Part shown: piece after piece, positions 1-8,075 of the stretch
Layout of the letters: each line of letters opens with the position of its first letter
Position numbering within the stretch: position 1 is the first letter of the stretch
DNA from: Candidatus Saccharimonadales bacterium
Lineage (GTDB): Bacteria; Patescibacteriota; Saccharimonadia; Saccharimonadales; UBA7683
Assembly: GCA_046350615.1 (NCBI GenBank)
Contig: JAXMAA010000002.1
Coordinates: forward strand, 21,204-85,203
Length of the DNA stretch: 64,000 bases
Reading direction: 5' to 3'
The notes under the pieces: generated by a model
The model's input: only the letters and a program-made list of their open reading frames with translations
Told to the model about the DNA's origin: nothing
Databases searched by the model: none
Program-made: the position numbers and the translations under genes

Positions 1-32
1 TGATCTGACTGGAAAGGAACTGAGGCACTAAC

Positions 33-1145
33 ATGAAGCAAAAACTATTTACTGTATTGGTGTTTACTAAAATCGCCGGCAAGCGATTCTTCCGTGATCG
101 CTTAGCAATCTTCTTTACCGTCGCATTCCCGCTCATCTTCCTTTTTGTTTTTGGCGGTATCTTTGGTAAAGAAAGTAATGTTTCGTTCAATGTGGCGCTT
201 ATTAATAACTCGCAGAGCATATTTGCTCAACAATTTGTCAAAGATTCAGAGGCAGATGGTAAGGTGCTCAAAGTTAATAAAGAGGTCACGACTCTACAGA
301 ATGCAAAAGAGAAGATGAATCGGGGCGAGCTCGATGCAGCTATTGTCTTGCCAAAAGATTTCGGCGAGTTACGGGACAATCAGCAGTATCCGTCTGGCCA
401 AGCTCAGGTGATTTACACACAAAATAATGAACAGGCTGGCCAAACACTCGGCTCGGTTCTAGAGGGTATCTTCAAAGGTATTAACAAACGGTTTGTGCCC
501 ACCGTAGAGCCTTTTACTGTTAAAACTGAGCAAACCAATGATCGCAGCCTTTCTCGCTTTGATTTTGTATTTTCTGGATTGCTTGGTTTCTCGATCTTAG
601 GTATTGGTATTTTTGGTCCTATGAACGTGTTTCCAGAGCTGAAAAAACAAGGCATTTTACGGAGGCTACATACTACCACGCTACGTGTGTGGCAGTATTT
701 TCTTTCTACCATGTTCTCCCAAGCGTTCATTGGGTTGATTTCCTTTGCAGTCCAATTTGCTGTGGCAATTGCCGTATTCAAGCTTAAACTTGTTGGAAAT
801 CCGTTTGAGCTTGCCTTCTTCTTGCTGCTCGGTACCGTCATGATTTTGGGTATTGGTTTAGCTCTGGGCGGCTGGGCTAAAAATGAGCGCCAAGTTGCGC
901 CGCTCGGTAATATCATCGTCTTCCCGATGATGTTTTTAAGCGGCACCTTCTTCCCACGGTTCTTAATGCCCGATTGGCTTCAAAAGATTGCCGGCTTCCT
1001 GCCATTAACGCCAGTTGTTGATGGCATTCGCTTGATAGCTACTGAAGGTAAAAATCTGATTGATGTTGCCCCGCAAATTGGTATGATAGGCGCCTGGATG
1101 CTAGTAATTTATGTCATCGCCTTCCGTGTCTTCCGCTGGGAATAA
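33..1145 (+). CDS. ABC-2 type transporter permease
   Basis: 370-aa ORF with one N-terminal TM helix, a ~150-aa extracytoplasmic loop, then 5 TM helices. This is the usual ABC-2 (YadH/NatB-like) permease layout. A preceding gene ends at TGA nt 1-3. Confidence 0.7.
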   Translation: MKQKLFTVLVFTKIAGKRFFRDRLAIFFTVAFPLIFLFVFGGIFGKESNVSFNVALINNSQSIFAQQFVKDSEADGKVLKVNKEVTTLQNAKEKMNRGELDAAIVLPKDFGELRDNQQYPSGQAQVIYTQNNEQAGQTLGSVLEGIFKGINKRFVPTVEPFTVKTEQTNDRSLSRFDFVFSGLLGFSILGIGIFGPMNVFPELKKQGILRRLHTTTLRVWQYFLSTMFSQAFIGLISFAVQFAVAIAVFKLKLVGNPFELAFFLLLGTVMILGIGLALGGWAKNERQVAPLGNIIVFPMMFLSGTFFPRFLMPDWLQKIAGFLPLTPVVDGIRLIATEGKNLIDVAPQIGMIGAWMLVIYVIAFRVFRWE

Positions 1146-1194
1146 AGCTACGGAATAATCTGAATCTCAAAGATAAACCACACTACAACCACTG

Positions 1195-1223
1195 TTGCAT
1201 AATTTGACAATCCGTGATATAAT
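1195..1223 (+). promoter_or_regulatory. sigma70-type promoter (TTGCAT-17 nt-TGaTATAAT) driving the RNase P RNA region
   Basis: -35 TTGCAT at 1195-1200, a 17-nt spacer, and extended -10 TGA TATAAT at 1215-1223. The predicted start is about nt 1230. Confidence 0.55.
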
Positions 1224-1229
1224 AGAATC

Positions 1230-1706
1230 ATGAACGCAGAAACTATTCCCACACTTTTTTCTGACGGACGTCAAGCTCACGATGCGGACCCGTCATCTAC
1301 TGTGAATATTCAGCCAAAGAAGGTCGGGGTAGGATTGTGGGATCCTAACGGGAAGATATCGTCCGCTTATGCGGATTTGGGCGGGGGCCATCGTGAGGCA
1401 CTGCAAGTGAACTTGCCCCCTGTTTCGCCACGACCAACTCAGGGCGCAGAACCATTGCCGATAAACAGAGCAGTAGATAGGGGCAGACATTCTGTGCGTG
1501 ACTACAATAGCGATGGACTGCCGAAGCCTGAAGAGAGAGGAGATGGAATACCTCGTCTTACTTCAGATGAGCGGACTGTAAGTATAGTTGGTATAAAAGC
1601 TGCCAGAGCCGCACTGACTAATGGATAACCAGATAGTCTGGATGGCGAAGTAGTAAGATCTAACAATTGTAGCACCCGGGTTATCTTGAAATGTAGAAAT
1701 CAGACT
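1230..1706 (+). ncRNA. rnpB: RNase P RNA, bacterial type A (ends approximate)
   Basis: Blocks resembling E. coli M1 RNA occur in the correct order. AGAAGGTCGGGGTA 1318-1331 matches GAAAGTCCGGGC. CCACGACCA 1428-1436 plus GCAGAACCATTGCCGAT 1446-1462 match CCACGACCAGTGCAACAGAGAGCAAACCGCCGAT. GAGCAGTAGATAGGGG 1468-1483 matches GAGCAAGGCCAAATAGGGG. GTAGCACCCGGGTTATC 1669-1685 matches ACAGAACCCGGCTTATC. The first and last blocks can pair in a P4-like helix whose G-U pairs work only on the + strand. Nested GC hairpins lie at 1383-1420. Confidence 0.62.
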
Positions 1707-1782
1707 TGGTGGGGGCGGTAGGACTTGAACCTACGACCAATCAGTTATGAGCCGACTGCTCTAACCACTGAGCTACGCCCCC
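1707..1782 (-). tRNA. tRNA, anticodon CAT; body resembles tRNA-Ile2 (lysidine type), Met not excluded
   Basis: The reverse complement reads GGGGGCGTAGCTCAGTGGTTAGAGCAGTCGGCTCATAACTGATTGGTCGTAGGTTCAAGTCCTACCGCCCCCACCA. It folds as a 76-nt cloverleaf with encoded CCA and a G1-C72 pair, so it is not an initiator. The D arm, variable region and T arm resemble E. coli ileX. Confidence 0.85.
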
Positions 1783-1856
1783 TCCTCAGGATCTGCTTTG
1801 AGTTTCGGTTTCAAGATAAATTCTAGAAGCCTACGCTCTCTGCTGTCCTTCGTCTC

Positions 1857-1892
1857 AATTTAAGAAAGTCGCTATGCTCTGTTTCTTAAATT
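1857..1892 (-). promoter_or_regulatory. hairpin (11-bp A/T-rich stem, 14-nt loop) 74 nt upstream of the tRNA; member of the tRNA-CAT upstream module
   Basis: AATTTAAGAAA / TTTCTTAAATT arms. In tRNA sense the loop is CAGAGCATAGCGAC, matching 12 of 14 positions of the loop at 6972-6985. Confidence 0.6.
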
Positions 1893-2003
1893 GGTGGCTG
1901 CATTGACTGCAACAGGAGTAGTATAGTGTAGTTGATGGCATCTAGTCCATAGTTTGTAGAGATTCGTGGGTTGTGATTTCTTAAGCACCAGTCTGCCCTA
2001 GCG

Positions 2004-2031
2004 GTCATCCCGTACTTGATACGGGATCCAG
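2004..2031 (+). repeat. GTCATYC...GRATC hairpin repeat copy
   Basis: GTCATCCCGTACTTGATACGGGATCCAG, with 8-bp stem ATCCCGTA/TACGGGAT. Confidence 0.7.
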
Positions 2032-2168
2032 TAAGATAAAGATCTCTGCCTGGGACTACATCGTAAAGAAAATCATTTCTACAAAAACACTACACACTAT
2101 CAATGAACTATCTACCTTAACTATATTCTGTATAATGAGTGTATTGATAAACATAAAAGGGATGGTTA

Positions 2169-3293
2169 ATGGATCAAACTGGTGGGGGATATGCTGGAGC
2201 GCCAACCTCTGAAGGGGTTGCGAATGGTGATCCACTACACTACCTACAGTACGGCACTCAGTTAGCCATGCCAACTCAGCAACCAAACTCATTTGATATG
2301 GTTGCCGCAAACCCGTCATCTCAGCAGCAATATGCGCAACAGCCAGATCCGCTCATGCCCGCTGAGGTTCGACCAGACTGGCAACAACAAATTTATGCCG
2401 AGCTTGCCGGTAATGTGCCAGTAGGCACAAGCCAGCCCATTGCAGGGGGTCAAATTAGTAACCCCGCGCCACAGTACCAACCTCAAGTTGCACAGGTAAG
2501 TTATCCTACAAACTCCGTACCTGTATATCAGCCGACAGCACCAGTGCAACCAACGCCGGAGCATTTTCAGATTTCATACGACCAGACAACAGGAGAGCCG
2601 GTTCCTGCCCCACAGACATCAACCGCAAAAAAAGTAATTATTATAACAACCGGTATCGTATTAGTATTGAGTTTGCTTGGTGGCGTCGGCTTTGCCGCTT
2701 ATACAATGGGTAAAAATGCGGGTTACGCTGGTGGAGTTGAAGATACTAAAAAGTCGTTTGCCAGCCAGAGTAAGGATACTGACAATACGCAGAATACCAA
2801 TGACAAGGATGCAGAAAACGACAATGAACTCCTCAATTTTGAGATGGCCCAGCCGGTGTACAAGGAAGAGGCTGTTTCCGGTATTGTAGGCGAGCAGCTA
2901 CAGCTCTCAGACGGCATGGTTCTATACGTTAAAGATGTTGAACGCAATTTTCAGCCGTCAGATGCATCTTATTCGTCTATGCCCGGTGAGGAGTTGATAA
3001 AGGTAAATCTTCTGGTGGGTAATGCTGATGCAACACAATCTAAGGTAATTTCCAACGATATGTTTGGGTTACGTGATCTCTCGGGTTCGTTGGTATTGCC
3101 AAGAACCAATATAGGTAACTACGAAGGTCAAATAGATAAACTTGAAGTAAGTTCGGGAGGAAAAATCAGAATGTCACTTGTTTTCTCTGTTGAATCAGGA
3201 GCAACACCCCTTACGCTCGTTCGTCAGCAGGCCTATAACTTAAGGAGTCTTGGGCAGACGGTGAACATGAAAATAGAAGTCATCTTTGAGTAA
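2169..3293 (+). CDS. membrane-anchored hypothetical protein with DUF4352-like ectodomain
   Basis: 374 aa with a Pro/Gln-rich low-complexity N-terminus, one TM helix (IIITTGIVLVLSLLGGVGFAAY) and a beta-rich C-terminal domain (..LIKVNLLVGNADATQSKVISNDMFGLRDLSG..). An extended -10 CTGTATAAT lies about 35 nt upstream. Confidence 0.5.
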   Translation: MDQTGGGYAGAPTSEGVANGDPLHYLQYGTQLAMPTQQPNSFDMVAANPSSQQQYAQQPDPLMPAEVRPDWQQQIYAELAGNVPVGTSQPIAGGQISNPAPQYQPQVAQVSYPTNSVPVYQPTAPVQPTPEHFQISYDQTTGEPVPAPQTSTAKKVIIITTGIVLVLSLLGGVGFAAYTMGKNAGYAGGVEDTKKSFASQSKDTDNTQNTNDKDAENDNELLNFEMAQPVYKEEAVSGIVGEQLQLSDGMVLYVKDVERNFQPSDASYSSMPGEELIKVNLLVGNADATQSKVISNDMFGLRDLSGSLVLPRTNIGNYEGQIDKLEVSSGGKIRMSLVFSVESGATPLTLVRQQAYNLRSLGQTVNMKIEVIFE

Positions 3294-3371
3294 AGATTGC
3301 CTATTTGACAACATTTGGGTAGCGGTGATACGATTAAACCATAAGTGTAATAACAGGAGAAGGGTAGCGTT

Positions 3372-5903
3372 ATGCCTGATGAAGATAAACATCACGTAAA
3401 AAATGACCACGTTGTGACCGGTGGCGGTGGGTTAAAGGATAAAAAACAATTTTCGTGGGTAAAAATGAGCATGCTAGCCGTGGTGGTTGCGGTTGTCGGA
3501 GGCTTTTTTGTGTGGAATTCCTTTGCGGCTTCCGGGACACAGGGAATCATTGATACCTACTACCAAACAGTTATAGGTCAGAGTGCCGATTCGAGCGGTC
3601 TTGCTTACTGGAGTTCTAAGTACGATGCAGCAAAAGACCAAACCGCCAAGAATGCGGTGATTGAGCAACTTGTTGCAACGCTCAAGAACACCCAGGCTTA
3701 TAAAAATAAACAGGCGGCAGCTACCTCAAGCGCACCTGCTGTCTCGACAAAACCAGTTACTGGCACAAAGAACGCTACGACAAATTCTAGCCCAAGCACC
3801 TCAAGCTCTTCCACTTCGACCTCCTCAAGCTCTACCTCAACTAGCGGTTGTGTAGCAAACACTGTGGGCAACACGGCCTTCATAAAAGGTCTTTACACAA
3901 AATATCTTAAATATGCACCAGATGATGCAGGTTTAAAATACTGGGTTGATCAACTTGACACATGCGCCAAAACTTCTGCAACAGCGGAGGCATTCTTTAA
4001 GGCCAAGAGTACCGTTACTACTACAGACGGGAAAAAACCTACCGCTGCTGGTGTCAATGCTGCCGAGGGAACGCCAGGAGCAGATAACCCGTTCCCTCAA
4101 CGCAAGGATGGTGAAACTGATCGACAGTACGAACGGAGAATTGACGCATGGCTTGAAGTAGAGTTTCAAATTATGACCCAAAGTTGCTGTGGAGGATTGG
4201 CCAGTGGCACGGGGAAGGGTATGGTAAATTGGGCTGAGTTAATAAGAACTGGTAAGTGGTCACCACAACAGGTGCTCGATCACTTAAAAACACAGAGTGG
4301 ACAATCGCTTAAGCAGATGGCCATAGAAGCAAATCCTGATTCTAAGGAGGCAATTGACCAAAAAATTAAGCAGACACTGGGTTCTGCAATTATGGAGCAA
4401 GTTACAGACAGTGATATCAAGGATATCGATTATTGCCATAAAACTAAGGAGCTACTTGATAAAGGACTGCTTAAGGGTGGTATCCCTTACTACTGCATTT
4501 ACAATAGCGGTTATGGTTTTGATAACGGTGCCGAGACAGAAAGGGGCAAGACCTTGGCAGATTCGCTAATGGGTGTATCAAGCGGCACTTGGACGGCAGC
4601 TATTCAAAACGGTAAAATGACACTCGAAGAGGCTGTAGAGAGGGTAAAGAAGGGAGAGACAACAGCGAGCTGTGAAGATGTAGCAGTAATGGCCTCACTT
4701 TTCCCGTCTTGCGGTGCCGGAGGGCAGAATGTTACTCAAGCTGATCTCCAAGCAGTTGCACAACAATGTTACGGAGGAAATTTAGTTACTGGTACTCCGA
4801 GCAAGGATTGCTTCCCAAATCAACCAAGCCAGCCAACCAACGGATCAAACAAAAACACTGGAGGCACGTCACAAGCTCCTTCAAAAGATGCAGTAAACTC
4901 TAATATTCCTAACGATGCAGCAGTGGCTTCGGCTACAAATAACTCTCAGACACCACTGCAGAAAGCAAGCTCTAAGGCGAAGTCGGTTACCGGTGTTGAT
5001 AAAGCAGTGAAGGCTTGCGATAGCACTACTTGCGCGGTGTTACCACTTGGAACAGCGAAGACATCAGATATAAAGAGTGATGCAACGGTTCCCGCAGCTC
5101 CGATTTATGAAAATAATTATCCCACAGTTTCGCCCTATACAGAATCTTGGGATAACGGCGGTTCGGTAAACGCTGCCAGCACCACAATTGGTGCCACTGT
5201 TACTAATGAGAGCTCTACCATGGTTGCAGCCAGTGACGTTGCAATGTGTGTAGACCAATATGTTCCACTTAAGCAGGGAGATAAATCGGTTTGCGTGAAG
5301 GTCCTTCGCTTGTATTTAGGTCTGGTCGGTTATCTTAATGAAGAAACTGCTCAGGATGGCGCAAATGTTAGCGGCTATAACGGGCTGATGATCTTTGGAG
5401 AAGGTCTAAAAAATGCCGTCGCCAAGTACCAAAAAGATAGAGGAATGTCTAATAAATCGGGTAGTGTTGATAAGGCAACATGGCTTGATTTAAAGGATTT
5501 CGCTTCTCACGAGTACCAAAGCCAGAAGCAAGTGGCAAGCGACATTCAAGTTGCTGCTGCAGTTGGTGATGAGTTGCAGCAACAGGAGTTTGCCCGCCTT
5601 TTTGATAAGTGCAAAAACAGCGTGGTTCTCGACAAAAGCGACGGCATGGATGCTGGAGAGCGAGAGTGCGTAAAACGGTTGCAGCAAATTCTTGCATTTG
5701 TTCAAGATGCAACACTGTCGATTACCGGACAGTTCGATGCCGCAACTCAAAATGCGGTAACTCGCTTTAAAGCTATGAGGGGCCTGCGAGGTACTCCAGT
5801 TGTAGATAAACAAACTTGGGAGCTCCTTGAAGCAGCAAAACAAGTGAGTCCATATCAATCACCGTACCAGGCAGGAAGCGGTAACCTGGCAAGTGCATAT
5901 TAG
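3372..5903 (+). CDS. secreted/cell-wall-associated protein: 2x DUF4214, Ser-rich linker, 2x C-terminal peptidoglycan-binding (PG_binding_1-like) domains
   Basis: 843 aa with an N-terminal signal anchor. DUF4214 signatures are YYQTVIGQSADSSGLAYW and LYTKYLKYAPDDAGLKYW. Two C-terminal PGB-like units are present (..VKVLRLYLGLVGYL..DKATWLDL and ..VKRLQQILAF..VDKQTWELL). Confidence 0.6.
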   Translation: MPDEDKHHVKNDHVVTGGGGLKDKKQFSWVKMSMLAVVVAVVGGFFVWNSFAASGTQGIIDTYYQTVIGQSADSSGLAYWSSKYDAAKDQTAKNAVIEQLVATLKNTQAYKNKQAAATSSAPAVSTKPVTGTKNATTNSSPSTSSSSTSTSSSSTSTSGCVANTVGNTAFIKGLYTKYLKYAPDDAGLKYWVDQLDTCAKTSATAEAFFKAKSTVTTTDGKKPTAAGVNAAEGTPGADNPFPQRKDGETDRQYERRIDAWLEVEFQIMTQSCCGGLASGTGKGMVNWAELIRTGKWSPQQVLDHLKTQSGQSLKQMAIEANPDSKEAIDQKIKQTLGSAIMEQVTDSDIKDIDYCHKTKELLDKGLLKGGIPYYCIYNSGYGFDNGAETERGKTLADSLMGVSSGTWTAAIQNGKMTLEEAVERVKKGETTASCEDVAVMASLFPSCGAGGQNVTQADLQAVAQQCYGGNLVTGTPSKDCFPNQPSQPTNGSNKNTGGTSQAPSKDAVNSNIPNDAAVASATNNSQTPLQKASSKAKSVTGVDKAVKACDSTTCAVLPLGTAKTSDIKSDATVPAAPIYENNYPTVSPYTESWDNGGSVNAASTTIGATVTNESSTMVAASDVAMCVDQYVPLKQGDKSVCVKVLRLYLGLVGYLNEETAQDGANVSGYNGLMIFGEGLKNAVAKYQKDRGMSNKSGSVDKATWLDLKDFASHEYQSQKQVASDIQVAAAVGDELQQQEFARLFDKCKNSVVLDKSDGMDAGERECVKRLQQILAFVQDATLSITGQFDAATQNAVTRFKAMRGLRGTPVVDKQTWELLEAAKQVSPYQSPYQAGSGNLASAY

Positions 5904-5939
5904 AGAAGTGTAATTATTAGAATAAGGAGTAATAGTACA

Positions 5940-6380
5940 ATGGACATAAAACGTATCGTGGGTGGGGTTATAGCAGTGGTGGTGCTGGTACTTACAGGAG
6001 TCGTAAGCTATAAATACGGTACCAAAAAGGTAGTAGTTGAAAACTCAGATGGTGTTGCAAAACAAGCCGCAGCAGATTTTGTTGATGCTCTTGTGAAGGG
6101 CGATGTTGATAAAACATACGAGTTCGGAACTACTGCATACCAGGCAAAGAACACAAAAGAACGCGTAAAGGCAATTTCTGATAGCTTAAAATCTGACCAG
6201 CCGCAAATATCTAATGAGGAGATATTCTTTGGTAAAGATCAGGCAACTAATCAGGCTATATACTTAAGCTCCGTTGGTAATCTTCCAGCTAATACCTATG
6301 GTCGTACTACAGGAAACTTTGTGATACGTCTTGTTGTTCAAAATGGAACATGGAAAGTCGATAGCTCACAAGTATTCTAA
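5940..6380 (+). CDS. hypothetical membrane-anchored protein
   Basis: 146 aa with an N-terminal TM helix and an SD AAGGAG upstream. It is followed by a terminator. Confidence 0.5.
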   Translation: MDIKRIVGGVIAVVVLVLTGVVSYKYGTKKVVVENSDGVAKQAAADFVDALVKGDVDKTYEFGTTAYQAKNTKERVKAISDSLKSDQPQISNEEIFFGKDQATNQAIYLSSVGNLPANTYGRTTGNFVIRLVVQNGTWKVDSSQVF

Positions 6381-6403
6381 TAAGTAGCTAGATATACAAA
6401 CAC

Positions 6404-6430
6404 AAAAGTCGGGTTATATGCCCGACTTTT
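6404..6430 (+). terminator. intrinsic terminator hairpin
   Basis: AAAAGTCGGG ttatatg CCCGACTTTT. Confidence 0.6.
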
Positions 6431-6474
6431 ATTGTGCGTGATACAATTAGTGAGAGGATATAATAAACAGAAAC

Positions 6475-6903
6475 ATGCAGCTTCAACTGAACAAATATTT
6501 TAGTTTTAATGACTTCTTACTAGTCGCTGCATTATTGATTGCACTTGGTCTTGTCTGGAATACAATTTCCGCCATGCAACGAAATTATCGGCTGCAGCAG
6601 AAGTATGACCAGCTTTCCGCTGAAGTTGAATTGCAGGAGCTGGAAAACCAAAATCTTCGCTACAATATTGAGTACCTTAAAACTGATGATTATAAAGAGC
6701 TTGCTGCCCGAGATAAATTTAACAAAGCACTGCCGGGTGAGCATATGGTGTATTTGCCAAACAACGCAGCAGCAACACTGGCACCTGTTGCCAAAAAAAC
6801 AGAAAAACAACAGAAGGTTGAACAAAAAGGATGGCAGGCCAACGTAAAAGCTTGGTGGCGGTTCCTGCAGGGCAAAGATACTATTCGTACCACAGCAACT
6901 TGA
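6475..6903 (+). CDS. septum formation initiator family protein (FtsB/DivIC-like)
   Basis: 142 aa with an N-terminal TM helix, then a coiled coil and the motif ..LQELENQNLRYNIEYLKTDDYKELAARDKFN... Confidence 0.75.
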   Translation: MQLQLNKYFSFNDFLLVAALLIALGLVWNTISAMQRNYRLQQKYDQLSAEVELQELENQNLRYNIEYLKTDDYKELAARDKFNKALPGEHMVYLPNNAAATLAPVAKKTEKQQKVEQKGWQANVKAWWRFLQGKDTIRTTAT

Positions 6904-6959
6904 AACAAAATTTATAATCTGTTACACTACATACTTGTTCGTTCATAAGCGCTCAAGAC

Positions 6960-6997
6960 CAATTCAAAAAACAAAGCGTAGCGACTTTTTTGAATTG
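6960..6997 (+). promoter_or_regulatory. hairpin (12-bp stem, 14-nt loop) of the tRNA-CAT upstream module
   Basis: CAATTCAAAAAA caaagcgtagcgac TTTTTTGAATTG. It lies 77 nt upstream of the tRNA-like fragment at 7075. Confidence 0.6.
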
Positions 6998-7074
6998 AGA
7001 AGGAGGAAGTGCGGCGAGTGAAAGCCTTTAAAGTTTACTTTGAAGCTGAAACTTACAACGGCTTCCGACGCCGA

Positions 7075-7098
7075 CGCGCGGTGGAGCAGTGACAGCTC
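7075..7098 (+). pseudogene. 5' fragment of a tRNA-fMet-like gene (acceptor 5' strand + D arm only)
   Basis: CGCGCGGTGGAGCAGTGACAGCTC differs at 2 of 24 nt from the real tRNA start CGCGGGGTGGAGCAGTGGCAGCTC. No anticodon or T arm follows. Confidence 0.6.
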
Positions 7099-7176
7099 AT
7101 CTGGAATCAATCGCTCATACACAATGAGCCAACCAGAAAAAACGTCATGTACATTTCACAAAAAGTTACAAGACAA

Positions 7177-7251
7177 CGCGGGGTGGAGCAGTGGCAGCTC
7201 GCTTGGCTCATAACCAAGAGGTCGCAGGTTCAAGTCCTGCCCCCGCTACCA
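7177..7251 (+). tRNA. initiator tRNA-fMet (CAT)
   Basis: CGCGGGGTGGAGCAGTGGCAGCTCGCTTGGCTCATAACCAAGAGGTCGCAGGTTCAAGTCCTGCCCCCGCTACCA. It is close to E. coli tRNA-fMet and has an unpaired position 1-72 (C-T), the initiator hallmark. CCA is encoded. Confidence 0.88.
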
Positions 7252-7372
7252 AGAAAAGAGTCTCACAAAGAGTGGGGCTTTTTTCTTGGTAGTTTGCCTA
7301 CGATACGCTGCCATGGCAATTTACCCTACGGAGGGCAGTACGCTTTTTTGTCTGGTGTGTATACTGGTAGTC

Positions 7373-7966
7373 ATGAATAATGTATATTTTCCACTCAAAG
7401 TAGAGTTCAAAAAGATTGCACTTACCAACAAAATGACGGTAACGGATGCTAACGGTACAGTTGTGGCGTTTGCGCATCAGAAGCTGTTGAAGCTTAAAGA
7501 GCAGATTTTGCTTTATGCTGATACAAATAAAACGCAGCCAATTGGTGAAATACGAGCCGATAGGGTAATAGACTTCTCACCACTTTTTGTGTACCAAGAT
7601 CAAAGCGGTTCTATACAGTTGGCTATTAAGCGCAATGGTCGGCGTTCTATTCTTAAGGCTGATTACGATATTCTCAACGCAGCACAGCAGCCGGTATACA
7701 AGGTAAGAGAAGATAACGGTTGGATCAAGTTTTTTGATGCAATAGTTGGTGAATTGCCGATTATTGGAATTTTTACCGGCTACTTTCTTAACCCAAAATA
7801 CAACGTAACAAATTTACAGGGTGAATTGGTGGCACGTTTTATTAAGCGCCCTTCTCTTCTAGAGAGTAGCTACGAAATTGAGGTGAGTAATACTGCTGAC
7901 CAAAATATTGGATTGCTGCCGATTGCTTCGCTCGCTGTTCTTAGCCGCGAGCGACTGCGTGGCTAG
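7373..7966 (+). CDS. hypothetical protein, tentatively LURP-one-related/tubby-C-like (DUF567) fold
   Basis: The start was moved to ATG 7373 because the longer ORF overlaps the tRNA terminator. A TATACT box at 7360-7365 lies 7 nt upstream. The pattern of short beta strands resembles the LOR family only loosely. Confidence 0.35.
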   Translation: MNNVYFPLKVEFKKIALTNKMTVTDANGTVVAFAHQKLLKLKEQILLYADTNKTQPIGEIRADRVIDFSPLFVYQDQSGSIQLAIKRNGRRSILKADYDILNAAQQPVYKVREDNGWIKFFDAIVGELPIIGIFTGYFLNPKYNVTNLQGELVARFIKRPSLLESSYEIEVSNTADQNIGLLPIASLAVLSRERLRG

Positions 7967-8075
7967 TCGCTGAATATCGTCGGATTTCTTGGGAGCTTTG
8001 AGGCTGGGGTAGACATGGGCATTTAAATTGTATATGCTTATTATGATTTATAAAAAATAAACAAGTATAAGTTGT

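Noticed and set aside
1230-1628. 132-aa ORF (and the 65-aa antisense ORF at 1293-1490)
   Set aside because: The region carries ordered RNase P RNA signature blocks and nested GC hairpins. The product is Gly/Pro/Asp-rich with no motif. It is treated as rnpB, though a leaderless ATG exactly at the predicted transcription start means coding cannot be fully excluded.
6998-7093. Small GTG-started ORF after GAAGGAGGA (MKAFKVYFEAETYNGFRRRRAVEQ)
   Set aside because: The purine-rich block is part of the conserved tRNA upstream module seen at three loci, and the ORF is not conserved among the three copies. It is mentioned only in the tRNA-fragment finding.
7147-7380. 77-aa ORF and the N-terminal 29 codons of the 7286 ORF
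   Set aside because: They run straight through the initiator tRNA gene and its terminator hairpin. The real CDS more likely starts at ATG 7373, behind a TATACT box.
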